Shown: positions 1 through 14,100, counted from the first letter of the stretch. The stretch is DNA of 64,000 nt from Thermodesulfobacteriota bacterium (GCA_965203965.1 CBDBDR010000014.1:1-64000); one strand, 5' to 3'. Numbers and translations: made by a program. The notes: generated from the sequence alone by a model not told the origin.

Positions 1-79
1 AGATTGATTGCTACGTCCATAATAATTATAGGTAGTATCGTGGTAGCTTTTTGCCGTAGCACAGAAACAATAATCATTG

Positions 80-115
80 ATAAGACGTTTCGATCCGAGG
101 ATCTTCATCAGTTAT
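80..115 (-). ncRNA. Minimal type I hammerhead ribozyme motif (inverted copy)
   Basis: Exact reverse complement of 244-279. Confidence 0.85.
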
Positions 116-243
116 AAAAACAAAATAAGTCACTAAACTTAAATAACAATCTTCCAGGTGGTGTGGCATGAGGTGTGCATGTGACGAGTATGTTGAGATG
201 TATGTGTGCACAGGAGAAATGTTTAGTGTCTTATTTTGTTTTT

Positions 244-279
244 ATAACTGATGAAGATCCTCGGATCGAAACGTCTTAT
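244..279 (+). ncRNA. Minimal type I hammerhead ribozyme motif
   Basis: ATAA-CTGATGA-A-GATC(CTCG)GATC-GAAA-C-GTC-TTAT: catalytic core CUGAUGA/GAAA/UH, stem I ATAA:TTAT, stem II hairpin, palindromic ACGT minimal stem III. Confidence 0.85.
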
Positions 280-382
280 CAATGATTATTGTTTCTGTGC
301 TACGGCAAAAAGCTACCACGATACTACCTATAATTATTAATGTTTTATTTGTTATAAATTGTATTTTGTGTTGTTTTACCAG

Positions 383-975
383 ATCAAGCAGCTACTCTGA
401 ATTTGTCAACAGTCAAGGACAACTTGTCTGTCGGTAAACCAGCAAGATCTGATGCTTCATCGACCTCAAGCAGCACAGACTGGTCCTGGTAAGCAACGTC
501 GACTCATTTGATTTAATTTTCTCTCAGCGAGTATCCTCCGATTAAGACTGATCATGAACGTGCCAGGTACAAGCGTCTTTTCAACCGCGAGTACAGTGAG
601 TATCTGGAGGTGAAGAGAGCGACCGATGAGGTGCAGGAGGACGTGGCAAGACTCACAGCACAGCTCAACTCACTCAGAAAGGACACGGACGAGTTCAAGG
701 TTGTTAAACACTCAAGTGTGCTCATTGATGAAAGGAATTTTTTTGTCTTGCAGAAAGTGAAGAGAAAAATTAGAGATAAATATCTTGGAATTCAAGAGGT
801 AGGTAAATTTTTGCTAGCAGCCGTTAATCTGTTGTTTTTTTTTTTCTTGCAGGATAAAGATTATCAGAAAAGAAAGGAACGATTTCTTCTACTGCACTAT
901 AAACTAGCTCATGTAAAGAAGATGGTTATGGAGTACGACTCTCTACACGGACTCCAAGACCAAACACTCTCTTGA
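383..975 (+). CDS. ELL: 3' exons of RNA polymerase II elongation factor ELL-like protein (Occludin/ELL C-terminal domain); 5' part lies outside the window
   Basis: Exons ~383-488, 528-699, 754-798, 853-975 splice to EYPPIKTDHERARYKRLFNREYSEYLEV...DYQKRKERFLLLHYKLAHVKKMVMEYD. Confidence 0.8.
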
Positions 976-1161
976 TTATTATTATACGACAATTTTATGC
1001 ATCACTCACGAATCATCTGTTTTGTACATTCACTGCACTCTCTAAAACCACGAAGTTTGCCGCAGGCAGGCCGACATCACGTGAACAAGCTGGCATCTGC
1101 GCTGCTTGCACAGTTCAGATGCCTTGGGCGCGATTAAACATATTTGTAGTACTGCGTACTA

Positions 1162-1320
1162 GTTAAAGTACCGCTCCGAGTGCTCTACGCAATATAATAG
1201 CACGAGGGGCGTGGCGAGAGGCAAATAGAGCACGAGCCGAAGGCGAGTGCTCTATTTGTCTCGAGACACGACCCGAGTGCTATTATATTGCGTAGAGCAC
1301 GAGAAGAGCGGTGCTTTAAC
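1162..1320 (+). repeat. 159-nt imperfect palindrome/hairpin centred on GCC-GAA-GGC
   Basis: Arms pair around position 1240; most mismatches are G.A or G.T on the + strand, plus one AA bulge. Confidence 0.9.
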
Positions 1321-1927
1321 AGGTTTAGAGTGTGACCTTGTACAATTGCCATAAGGGATACTGCTAGCAGGCCGAAGACAGTCCAGTATAAACGCTACCA
1401 TTATGGGAATTTACGGAATTATACGGAAATCCGTACACGAGCACATGGTGGAAGGTAGCTGTGGACGAGAGCGCTGTGATTTCGACTTGGGAATATGATA
1501 GGAGCAGAGAATTCAACACCAGAAAAGAAGACGTGTCTTATTTATCTAACTACCAGTGGGCTAAAGCTATGAAGGAATCATGAATCAGTGAGGAACGACT
1601 TCACCGAACCTCGTGGATGAAAGTATCCATCGAACGTACATCAGCAGTGACGCCGAGCTACTTGCTACGCTGCCATGTAGCTACTTTCCGGTTTCATCCT
1701 GTCTTTGAGAAGCTGTAGCGCCCTGGATAAACCTGACGTCACCTACCATGCTAACGGCGTGGCCCTCCTATCTAGCTTTCTTCTGGCCTTTCGATCGCTG
1801 TTAAAGACACTGAATAGTCTCTGTTCGACATTGTTTTAGTATTTTATCAAAATGAAAGTTGTTTGTGTTTCATCGCATGTATTTTGTAATTAAATTCACT
1901 GCATATCGGCATGTTAACACCTGGTAG

Positions 1928-2032
1928 ATAGAGCACTGCGGTGGAAAATAGAGCACTGTAGAACAATGGGTTTGGGAAAATAGAGCACTGTTTGAACAAT
2001 GGGCAGTGCGTACTATGGAATATAGAGCACTG
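1928..2032 (+). repeat. Four direct repeats of ATAGAGCACTG (1928, 1948, 1980, 2022)
   Basis: Directly visible; the same core motif occurs in the 1162-1320 hairpin. Confidence 0.9.
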
Positions 2033-2195
2033 TCGGCGCCTTTGATCTTGTATGGTATCATACTCTAAGAGGTGATAGTGTACATTGGTAAAAATAACTG
2101 AGGCGATCTTCACAGGTTCTTATAGACGCAGTAGCGTCATTCATTCAGCAATACCTGAAGAAGATTCGAACAGCAGTTTGGAACGAAAAATCGCT

Positions 2196-4875
2196 ATGCA
2201 TGTAATTTCGCAAACAACGCTCGCTCTAGCATTTGTCTTGCTATGCAGAATCAATGGTACGTGAAAGTCTAAATCAACAGGGTCAGTGTGTCAATTGTTC
2301 ATTCATGTAGCGGTTATCTTTCCTGAGTCGCAGTCAGCGGCACCTGGTGACGTTGTGCTGTTTGAATGCATCTCGCAGGATTTCACTCTAGTCTGGCATA
2401 TTAACGGCAGCGAACTTAGCTGGAGCAACCTTCCTGTAGGTCACTGGGTCAATTCATCAGGCCTGGTAGTGCAGGCTAGACAAGAACTGAATGGAAGTAG
2501 ATATCAATGTGTTCTTGCAACTATTGGTATGACTGATGGAGGGTCTTTGTTTGTCACCAGAGAGGGGGTAACAAGGAGTCATGCTTCACTGAATGTCACC
2601 TCATCAGGTTAGCGTTATTTTAGAACGCCATGCTGTCTTTAGAAGCATGATATTGTTTTTCTAGTGCAGTCAAACATTATCCACACAGACAGATGTTGTG
2701 TAGGCTTATTCCCTGTTACCATTCGGAGAATGCTTGTAGATTGAACCTATTACAAATAATATACACAACACTTTAGTTAACCGCTCACATCTATCACGTT
2801 GGTATACACAGGAGATACAGCAGTGAACACTAACTACAGAAAGGGGATAGTGGTGACGTCAGTGGTTTACGATCAGGCAACTGACAGTTTAATGATCGAC
2901 TGGGAACCAACTGGATCATCCTACCAGCTGTACATCAGTAGCTGCACGCATTCTCTCTGGTTGCAGTCGCAGAGAGCGACCTGTGCACCTGTTCTCGTTG
3001 AAGGTATAATGAGGGCATTGGGCAACAACAGTGTGACTATTGATGTGAGAACTTGTGATCTCGAGGGTGAATGTGAGTTCAACCCTCCTCAAGGTGCAAG
3101 GGTCGATCAACAGACTTTGGTCAAATTGGAAATGAACAGCTCAGGTGCTGGCTTATCCGTACAGTGTGGTAAATTTCATGCACCTTTTTTCTTGTAGATT
3201 TAATTCCTCGAGAGCTTCCGGCCCTAACATTAAATCAGTCTAAGATACGGATTTTCCGGTCCAAGCTCTGGTCTCAGTGCACACGAGCTGGTCTGAGGAT
3301 TGCTGTATTTGATGCCACAACCAGAGTCAACTACACTCTCACAGAACTCATTTCTGATTTCAATACCATCTTTTTTCTCAGTGTGAAGTTTGTAGAGCCT
3401 GGTATTGAGATAAACACTGTATCATTGGGGACTACCCAAAGCTTAATCCGAGCACTGTTTGGGGAGTCAGTGAGAGAGATATACATACAAGAATACTGCA
3501 CTGATACTAGCTGTGATGGCAGGCTAACCACTACATTTGGAGACAAGATAAAACTGATTATAGATCCGGCCCAACCAAGCCAAGGTACAACTTAGTGCAA
3601 TGTTTGATTACTTCTCTACAAATGCATTTCTCCAGATGTCTTACAGACTTGCACATACACGGCTGAAGATATTTTGCGTAAGTGGAATATGCTGAGTAAC
3701 TATACATTAATGTTATGGTTTTTATTGTGAATAGGATCTCCAACACCAACCGTCGTAGAAATGATTCCAACCTCTACATCAGTTGTTGATAGACCAATGC
3801 CGACGTCAACTACGTCAACACCTATTCCTACTGTACGACCGACTAGTCAGCCTAGTATCCCAATTACGTTTTCACTAGGAGGTACATACATGTATCTGTC
3901 AGAACTATTTTCCTGTTGAAAAATATGTGTTTTTTGCCTAGCTATCATTGGTCTAGCCCTTGCAATAGTGATGTTGATAGCGCTGGTCTTAGGAGTTCCA
4001 ATTATTATTGTAGGAATCTTCAGTTGGAACAAACGAGTAAGTTACAAGTAGGTTAAATGCTGCATCACTCTTTTTTTTTCTTTTTTACGCAATAGAGAAA
4101 ATCTGGTAATGCACTTGCTGCTGGAAACAAACTGTATGATCAGCCTTTTCGGTCATCATTTCGACGCAGTCTGCCGGGTACTCCTAAGCTTTCATCACCA
4201 TCAAGACACAGTATCTGTGAGTCGCCAATCTCACCAACTTATTCTACCTACGTTGGTCGACCTCTTGCTAATGGGGACGCCAAGAATCCGCAATACCAGC
4301 TGGTAGCATTTGTAGAAGGACCACAGGCAGCAATGCACTCACCTCAGGGATCAATCTCATTTGGAGGACACTCGAGAAACCCAAGTAGTGTTGCACCTAT
4401 GGACAAGCATAGACAGTACGGTGGTGATTCACCAACTGGAACCAATACTGAGCCACAAACACCAGACTATATCACACAAATGAAGATCCCAGACTTGAAT
4501 CTTACAGAGCCCGTTCGTCGCTATGTACCAGTAGACCTTCTACCAGCTGCTTTTTCAGACTCCTTAGCAAGCACACCAATACCCAGGCATGATCAAGATG
4601 GCAACCAGCTCCCTCCTCGTCCTGGTGCTCCATCCCCTATGAGCATTCCTCCAATGTTCCACAATGGATTGCCAAAGGCTTATGACAGAGACAGGCCAAA
4701 TTCTGCTCAGCAAATGGCTCAAGCTCCTCCATATTTTAATCCACCAACATATCCAAATCAGCAATGGTCAGCAACCCTACCACGTCTTGGACGACCGCCT
4801 CAAAGTGATCTAGCAACAATCAATAAGACCGCAACTACACGTTCTGACGAGGATAGAATTTGGAATGTAGTTTAA
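2196..4875 (+). CDS. Single-pass type I membrane protein: signal peptide, Ig-like domain, FN3-like domain, Thr/Pro stalk, TM helix, long Pro-rich cytoplasmic tail
   Basis: MHVISQTTLALAFVLLC signal; phase-1 exons; Ig motif VVLFEC...LVWHING...LNGSRYQC; TM IIGLALAIVMLIALVLGVPIIIVGIF; terminal exon ~4096-4875. Confidence 0.75.
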
Positions 4876-5578
4876 TTCTCACCACTGAACAAATCAATGA
4901 TTTATATAACTCTCACAACAAATCAGCACATTGCTAACTTTTGATACCACTTAATAAATTACTTGCTGTGTGTTGTGTAGTGTACAAGCTATTTTGGTTC
5001 AATCAAAATTCTTTCCCTGAGTCAGTTGTGACAAAATTTGCTATTGTATCTACTGTGAAGAATATCTGAGATGCCTGCAGGCCTACTTGTACTAATAGAT
5101 ACTCGTGCGGCACCATTATAATCAATAGTTATAGTCATCACATAATTTGTGTCTCGTAATTACCTCACTGTGCATACAGTAGCCCATTTTTGTCTATAAT
5201 ATAATTATAAATCAGATATTTAATACCTAAGATGGGATCTACTCAAGTATTGCACTTATAATATACCTCAATGTTACTAATAATTATAAATATAATATTA
5301 TACCTCAATGTTAAATGCACGAATAGTTGGTGTCAGCTTCAGACTTATTTTGTAGATGTTAAGTAAATGTGCATTCGTCAGCATAACTGTAATTGCATTC
5401 CCATGCTCTCTTAGTTTGCATAAATTTTTGACTCCTCCAAATGAATGTTATTCCTGCGACTCTGCAGCTTGCATATGCACACAGCCCTAAGAACGGTCAT
5501 GAATACGATAATCAACTGGTTTAAATATTCATAGCTGAAATGTAATCCGGTAATCGGCGTCCATTTAAACCAAACCGC

Positions 5579-6529
5579 ATGCGTTTGAGTCGTTCTGCTT
5601 GGTGGGCTGTCATGGCGTCTTGTTTGTTGATCTCTGTCCTCTCGTTACTAGCGTTGTTGCACGTCTCCAGTGCAGCTAACGGCAAGGGGCCGTTGGTGAC
5701 GGACGTGGTAAGACTCCAACAGCATTGCACCGTTTACGCATCACGGCACGTGGTACCCTTTGTCTGCATTGTCTCAGGTCTACTTCGATATTTCCATCGG
5801 AGATAACCCTGTGGGAAGGATCGAGATCGGTCTGTTTGGTAAAACTGTTCCGAAAACCGTTAAGAACTTTGTCGCTCTAGCTACCGGAGAGGTAATTTAC
5901 CATGATTTGCAATGTTTAGACGAAAGTGTTACTGTTCACTCTCCACAGAAAGGGTTTGGCTACAAAAACAGCAAGTTCCATCGTGTTATCAAGCAGTTCA
6001 TGATTCAAGGTAAGAAGAGACAAAGAACCTTATCGCACTACTACACCTGTCTTTCTCATAGGTGGTGATTTCACCAATGGAGATGGAACTGGAGGTATGA
6101 CCAACCATTAATCAACCCTATGCATGGTTCTATTGTCCTCTCCTCAGGCAAGAGCATCTATGGAGACAAGTTCAAGGATGAGAACTTCAAGCTACAGCAT
6201 CATGGTCCAGGGTGGTTGAGCATGGCTAACGCTGGCAAAGACACCAACGGTTCACAGTTTTTCATCACCACTGTTAAAACATCGTGGCTGGATGGACGCC
6301 ATGTAGTGTTCGGAAGAGTTATAAAAGGAATGGTAAGGGGGTGCATATTTTGATTCTGGAATCTTCTATTTGTGTTTCTGGGATATATTTATCTTGTTGT
6401 TTTTAGGACGTCGTTAGTGAGATTGAGAAGACGCCCACTGGTAGCAGTGATCGACCCAAGGAAGATGTCACCATTACTGAGTGCGGTCGACTGGACACAG
6501 AGCCATTCAACTCTGACAAGGACTGGTAA
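5579..6529 (+). CDS. PPIB: Peptidyl-prolyl cis-trans isomerase B (cyclophilin B)
   Basis: Signal peptide; [16 protein letters not shown]...[14 protein letters not shown]...[16 protein letters not shown]...[20 protein letters not shown]...[10 protein letters not shown]; short introns. Confidence 0.95.
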
Positions 6530-6758
6530 AGAAGCCATTGGGAATGCTATTTTTGGACCCTTTTGACTACTAGTTTATTTTTCAAATTTCGCATGCTACC
6601 ATTTCCAGGTTTTTTGTATACATGTACTATAGTCCTAGTTTTAATAAATAGAATTCAATTGTTAGCAGTGACTATTCACAAGTATTGTTGAAAAGGAGCA
6701 TGAAAGAAGATTGAGTTACCTCAATGAGGAGGAAAAAAGCAGGCAATAGACTATGGCT

Positions 6759-8757
6759 TTAGACTAACAAAGGTCTTGAAGCTTGAATACCGAATTCCAT
6801 TACTCTCCAAGCCGTCTTGGGATCATAGATACTTGGGTCTCTACAGAGAGCCCATACATACAAGACACTGTCCAACTGCTCCTGTAGATAACAGTCAACA
6901 ATAGTAGCTATGATACCAGCTCACATTAGTATCTGTCTCTCCGCTTGTGATTGTGAGCTGCTGTGCGTTGAAATGTATGACTACTACTGGTCCTCTCTCA
7001 AGAACTTTACCACCAAGCACCTTTAGGGCAGTGATACATAGAAATACACAAACTTAACCACTAGTTCACACAAACCTCCATGTCTCTAATATCCAGTACC
7101 CTGTACTGAGCTGCTTTCACTGTAGCCCTTTGCTTGATAATGGCTGACAAAACATTAAATGCCTGATGGAAAGAATGACACAGTTGGTGGAAGTGTTATT
7201 TAGTCGATTTACCGCTTCGTGACACCAATCCTTGAGAACCTCCAGATCTCCTCGGAGGTACGATTCTAGGATGTTGGGAACAATTTCATGCTGGCACTCT
7301 ATGAGGAAAGGATCCATTCTGAAATTGCGATCGACCTTGTATATCTCCTCCAACACCTCAGCCATGTCAGATCGTGAAACCACTCCACCTAGTTGGTATA
7401 ACAAACTAGTGCTGTGCAACAAGTACGTTATACTGACCGAATGTGTCTCCCAATTCGATCAGTGACGACTCTGGATGCCCTCACAGCAATATTATCACTC
7501 TCATCGTACTTCATCTTGATATTATAAAACGCTGAGTACATACAGCAACTGAAATCCACCAAACACTTGATATAAGACACTCACTGTTGGATATAGGATT
7601 GTTCTCTCTCAATTCCTCCCATTTCTTTCTCCATTTTGATTGTCTAGTTATCGTCACATCTTTCGTCTCGCTACAAGGGTAACCTGTTTGTAGCAGCTGT
7701 GTTTGTGCGCCACGTGCAACTTACTCGTCTGCTGCGATGACGACGGAATCTTTAGTGTCTTGAGACGTGAAAGAAGCTCTATCAGATCGTTTTACGACCT
7801 CCTCTAAAGAAGAGATGGATATAAGAACACTAACGGAGCACGAGAGGCTACTACCTGGAGCTTTGTAAGGAGCCGATTCTTTGATAATGTCATCCAAGAG
7901 ATCCTCCTTCATTACTTCAGCACTCTAGTAGTAAGATAACAATAATGGTGGACATACTGAGAACCATACCTTGCTGACAGATTTATACACATCAGTCTGT
8001 CCGATGATCTCAGCTTGTTCAGATACCTTCTGTGCAGCTTGTTGAGCTGAGCGAGATATCTAGAGAGAAACAGATCGCTTAAACAGAGTTCACAATAATA
8101 GAACTACTGACTTGGGCTCCCACGTCCTGGCCCTTCTTTCCAATATCGGATTCAGATGCTCGCGAAAACACCTGTACCACAGTTATAGGAGAAGAAAACT
8201 GCTTAAATCACAGCAATACCTGTGAGCTCCTCTCTTTCAGTTTACCCCACCCAGCTCTAGTGCTGTCTACCGTATATAGAGTCACCTTGATGATCCACTC
8301 CTAAACAACGCATATTATAAGGCGGAGTTCACTCTCATGTGACAGTTTACTCACTCTTGTATTTGAGAACTGCTGTCGAAACAGTTTCACAGAATCAGAC
8401 TTAACTATTTTCGATCTTTCATCTTCAAATGCTTTCAAATTTTCTTGAATTTCTTTATCTTTTTCTAGACTCTTTCTGAGATTTTCTACAAAATTTCTGA
8501 ACAAGCCTCCATTGGAAGAAGAGCTGTACCACCGCACAGACTGAACAGTGATCTAGAAAGTTGAGATAAAATGCAGAACACAAGGACGGAAGCTAACTGG
8601 CTTCAATTCAAGTCTTGATTCCAGCATGCGAACTCACTCGTGACTTTGTATGCCTCTTTGCAGCACACAAGCATCTCACGTGACTCTTCTTGCTCAGCGG
8701 ACTAGCGAGCAGAGTGATCTGGACTCGCATACATGACGCAAGGTGTCTAGCTGCCAT
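6759..8757 (-). CDS. TIMM44: Mitochondrial import inner membrane translocase subunit TIM44
   Basis: SDMAEVLEEIYKVDRNF...IVPNILESYLRGDLEVLKDWCHEA; GPVVVIHFNAQQ; LYVWALCRDPSIYDPKTAWRVMEF; start codon approximate. Confidence 0.9.
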
Positions 8758-9012
8758 CACTCTAAATAACGCACACCAATGTCTACACGTGCGAGCAAAA
8801 TAGTTTTAACCCTCATAATTTATTACGAATTTCATAATAATAATAATTATTGTTACAAAGATATTACAACACAAAGTGGTGGCGGTGTAAGATACCAAAG
8901 TTGATTGTATGCAACATGTCAGTATGCGTGTGTTGAGAATGAAACGGAGTGTCCAAATAATTATTAGAACATTGCTAGCTGCAATATAATAATGTACCGG
9001 CTGTACATTATT

Positions 9013-10145
<1,133 letters not shown>

Positions 10146-11115
10146 TGGTTCGTTGTCAGACACGTAGACTAAACAAGAATAAGCTTGCTTCCAAGTACTA
10201 GCGCCACGACACTTGGCCTGTCGACTGTCCTGCCTGTTTCGCTATAATACTTTTTAATTTTACTTTTACCCACCATTACCGTATTATTAGAAAAGATTCA
10301 TTACGTACGTATACTTTTGAACGGTAACGTATTTCGGGTGCACATATCGGATCTAAGGGTGACTCGGCGATCACTGGACTAGTTTGTTAAATATATCTCC
10401 ATTTGAACAAAGCATAATAATAATCTTAAATCGTGCAATAAACGTGCACTTTAATAAATACAACATCAACAATTCATTACTGACTATGATAACAACTTTT
10501 ATTCGTATTATTTATTTTTGCTCACTGTGATTAGCCCCAGGCCCTGGGCTATTGAGCGTTATCCTCCATGAAAAAATACCTTACTCAAACCATTATTCAA
10601 ATGATATGTCTTATTATTAGTGATAAAGCTAGAGTATATTTCTAATGACATCTTACTAAAGGATGGTAGCGTTCACCAAACTGAGTACACTGCGGTCTAT
10701 CACGCACAACTCAATAAAGGTTCAACAAACAATAAACTGCACTTAAAGATTTTGAAAGAAGCTGCACTTTGAGTCTGCAAAAGTCTGTAGAAAAGGTAAA
10801 CTGACTGAGTATACAGAGATTTTATACTTCTTGCAATGAAGATTTGAATACATTAATGTGTCAATTAATTCACAGGTATTTATTCAGCTTTACTCTTGCA
10901 GAAAATAACAAAATCGCTGTAATACTACGGTGCCATTGATGAACTGGCATACATAATTGCCACCTGTTCAGTAGAAATTAGAATGAATCCATGTAGGATA
11001 CCTGTTGATTGGCATGTATTGTTCCGTTTGACGTGATTTAATGGTCTTAACACATTTACGCCAGCAGTTAACATCGCCAGATTGATCCGCGTGCATTGAG
11101 TGCTGCATGTCAGCA

Positions 11116-14100
11116 TGTATCAGAACCGTGAATCATCTCGCGATCGCTCAGCAGTACCTGTTACTACTTGCGGTTGGAGAAGTCCTGACAGTGAATTCCC
11201 ACCATCATCTACCCCGCCGCCTGTTTGGTCATGGTCTGATGCTTCACCAGGGAGACTAGGGCGACAGGTTTGTCGACGGTGCAGTTTGTCTTGCTGTATC
11301 TGTGCCGCACTGAATACTGAGTTGGGTGTCAATTTGCATAATTTACAAGCGGCATGGTAGCAGTGAGCATGTGTACGAGTTAGGATTGCTAGTGCAATTT
11401 TGCACTTTTATTCATTTTTTAAGTGTAGCATATTGTATTATAAAAAGATAATATGTGCAAAAATTCTCGCAGTCATCCCAACATATCATTGCCAAGTGGC
11501 AATGATAATAGATTGTGTATCACCACTTGCAGAAATGCATTTGGCTTTCCAATACACAAACCCAGATTTTACAAGCACAATTCAAGCCGATAAATTTTTC
11601 ATTGCTGACTCCACCCTCTTTTTAATTTGTGGAACAGAGCTTGTTTGTGTGCAAGAAAAAGGAAATGTTTAAAATGAATTATACTGTTGTAGTATATGTA
11701 TTCAGTTGGCATTCTAGTATTAAAATGCAGTGGCTAAGAATTTGATCAAAATGCAATATAAGGATATGGGAAAATCCAACTGATGGTTACAAGTATGTAC
11801 AGACAAAATTATTGATTTGGGAAGGACGTTCATTTAATTTATGTTTTTGTCATGTTTACAGCCACTGCAGAGACCTGATGTCGCTGATACACTGGTGCTG
11901 GATCTAAGAGATGGACAGAGCTATTTCTTGGAGTCTCTCTTCAGTTTACTGGAGAACTACGAGTGGGGCGACTGTTGGAACAACAAGATTCCTCTGCCCA
12001 TCATGATGTTTCAGCGATATATGGACACCTATCCTGACAAACTAGAGGATCTGTGCAACTATTCTGAACAGGTATACGGCATCATATTTGCACTTAGTCA
12101 ATCCATAATAAGAAATTTAAATCTAATGGAACAACAAAATTAATTACCATTCACTTCAAAAAAAAATATTCATATGTAACAACATGTTGGCACTGGGAAC
12201 TTGTAAAAACGTTTCCTTAATTGTCATGCTGTTTATATACATTTTACCTGTCACACTTTCCTATAATTAAATTTGAGTGTTTTATTTTAATTTGAGTGTT
12301 TTTTTATTGATTGCAGGCATCTCTTCTTTGTACAAAGCTTGTGCAAGCTTGCCTAGTCAATGAACTGGAACAGGTGCAATTTTTAAAGTTCACATGTGCA
12401 AGCCCAAAAATATGTCCTAAATTGTGGATTGAGTTACTTGAGGCTGTGGTAAGTTCATTCTCAAAATATTAGTCAAAATAGTGAATCTCATTGTGGTCTA
12501 CGTATTCATTGCAGCCAAATTCAGTATTCGTAAAGGCTGTACCAAGTCTTGCCCATCAGATTGGAAACACCACCAAACCACTGTTTGCAGATCTTCTGAA
12601 TTCTGCTGCCGAAAGAGTGCAAAAGAAGACTGTAGAAAGACTGATTGCTGTAGCTATGAAGAGTGAAATGAGAGCTTTGAGAATGTGCAGAACTGGATCG
12701 GAAGAAGTGAACGGAGAAGAGTTTAGGATAGATGCTGCTACTATAGTCCTCAAGAAGATGCTGGGGAATCTTGAAATATCAGGAAAAGCTGTTAGTGATT
12801 ATCTGATAGCATTATAAGTATAACTTTATGTACTTCTTCACTACATATAGATTGGACCAGCGGTTGACGTACTTATACAATATGATCCAGACCCACTACG
12901 AGTTGATTTGAGGATAAAGGAGAAGTGTGGAGTGGAGCTTGCTGAGGAGAAAGGCCCGGCATTCAGTGCTGTTGCTGTGAAACTATTTCACGAAGGATGC
13001 AACCGCCATCATCACAACAGACAAGAAATGATCAAGTTTCTTGCAGTTAGAAAGCACATTGGAGACTACACTGTGAGTTAATGCATTCTCCGGTAAATCA
13101 TCAAGTAAAGTGATTATGGTAAACATGCATTGTTGATGTTTCTGTCTTCAGCTAAAAGCTATCGTCACTAAAGAGGGTCAGGATGTACTTACTAAAGACG
13201 TGATAATGGCTTGTGCAGGAAATGGCTATGCCTGCACTTCTTGTGAGCTTTCCCTGCAATCTTCAAAGATTTTGTCTTCGAGTAATGAGCAAACCTTTCT
13301 GCACATTCTGGTAAGCACAAAGAATCCTTGCATATAAGAATACTTATCTTGTCTTCTTAGACTCATGCTCAAGATGCAAGAGTAGCTCTTGCAGCATTCA
13401 CTCAACTAACTCCTGACCTCTACTCCATCGACTGCATAGACAGACACAGCAACAATGTTCTTCACTTAGCGGGCATGAATGGTCTGACTGCACTCACTAA
13501 GTTGATTCTTGATCATGATCAAGGATACATTCGACTACTGTGGGCTAAGAATCTAAAGTGCGAGTATCCGGTGCAAGTGAGCCTTAGTAAACGAAACTAT
13601 GCTACTGCTGCTGTAATGCTAAGAGCAATGAATGATTGGTAAGGAGAAAATTATTACTAATAATTATTTGACACAATTAATCATAAAATAAAATAATTAT
13701 GATTACATTTTACAGGAGGCTTTTTGTGAGTACAAAGCAATCCAAGCCAATTATGAATTTCCAAGATTTGTTAATCGAGTTGTCCTGGGCTAAAACAAGC
13801 AAAAAGTTGTCAGCATTGAACTTGTAAGCTGTTTATTTGTGTAACGGACTAATGATTGTTTGGTACCCATAGCAAAGAATGCTTGCCAAAGCAGTTTGAC
13901 TATTTTGAACAAGAAAATCAGGAAAATCAAGGGGATCCAGGTGCACTACTTCCAACAAATCAGAAAAAGCAACAGGTAAAATTCAAATATACCCAGTTTC
14001 TCGAAGACTCACTTTGTGCAGATTGAGGAATGCATCCTAGCCATTCTGGATTCTACAATAGACCGACACAAAGGGTTGTTCCACTACGAGATACTGGAAG

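Larger units (their letters stand above)
21..338. mobile_element. Inverted repeat (arms 21-138 and 221-338, 82-bp spacer), probable Penelope-like element pLTR remnant inside an intron
   Basis: Arms are reverse complements with one mismatch (position 130 vs 229); each contains a hammerhead ribozyme core; lies upstream of a splice acceptor at 381-382. Confidence 0.7.
1150..2070. mobile_element. Putative non-autonomous mobile element with hairpin end and iteron-like end
   Basis: Shared TAGAGCAC motif at both ends, TGCGTACTA repeated at 1153 and 2007, no recognisable ORF; boundaries approximate. Confidence 0.5.

Noticed and set aside
1847..2113. Short ORFs (88 and 63 aa) over the ATAGAGCACTG repeats
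   Set aside because: Translations only mirror the DNA repeat; no protein features
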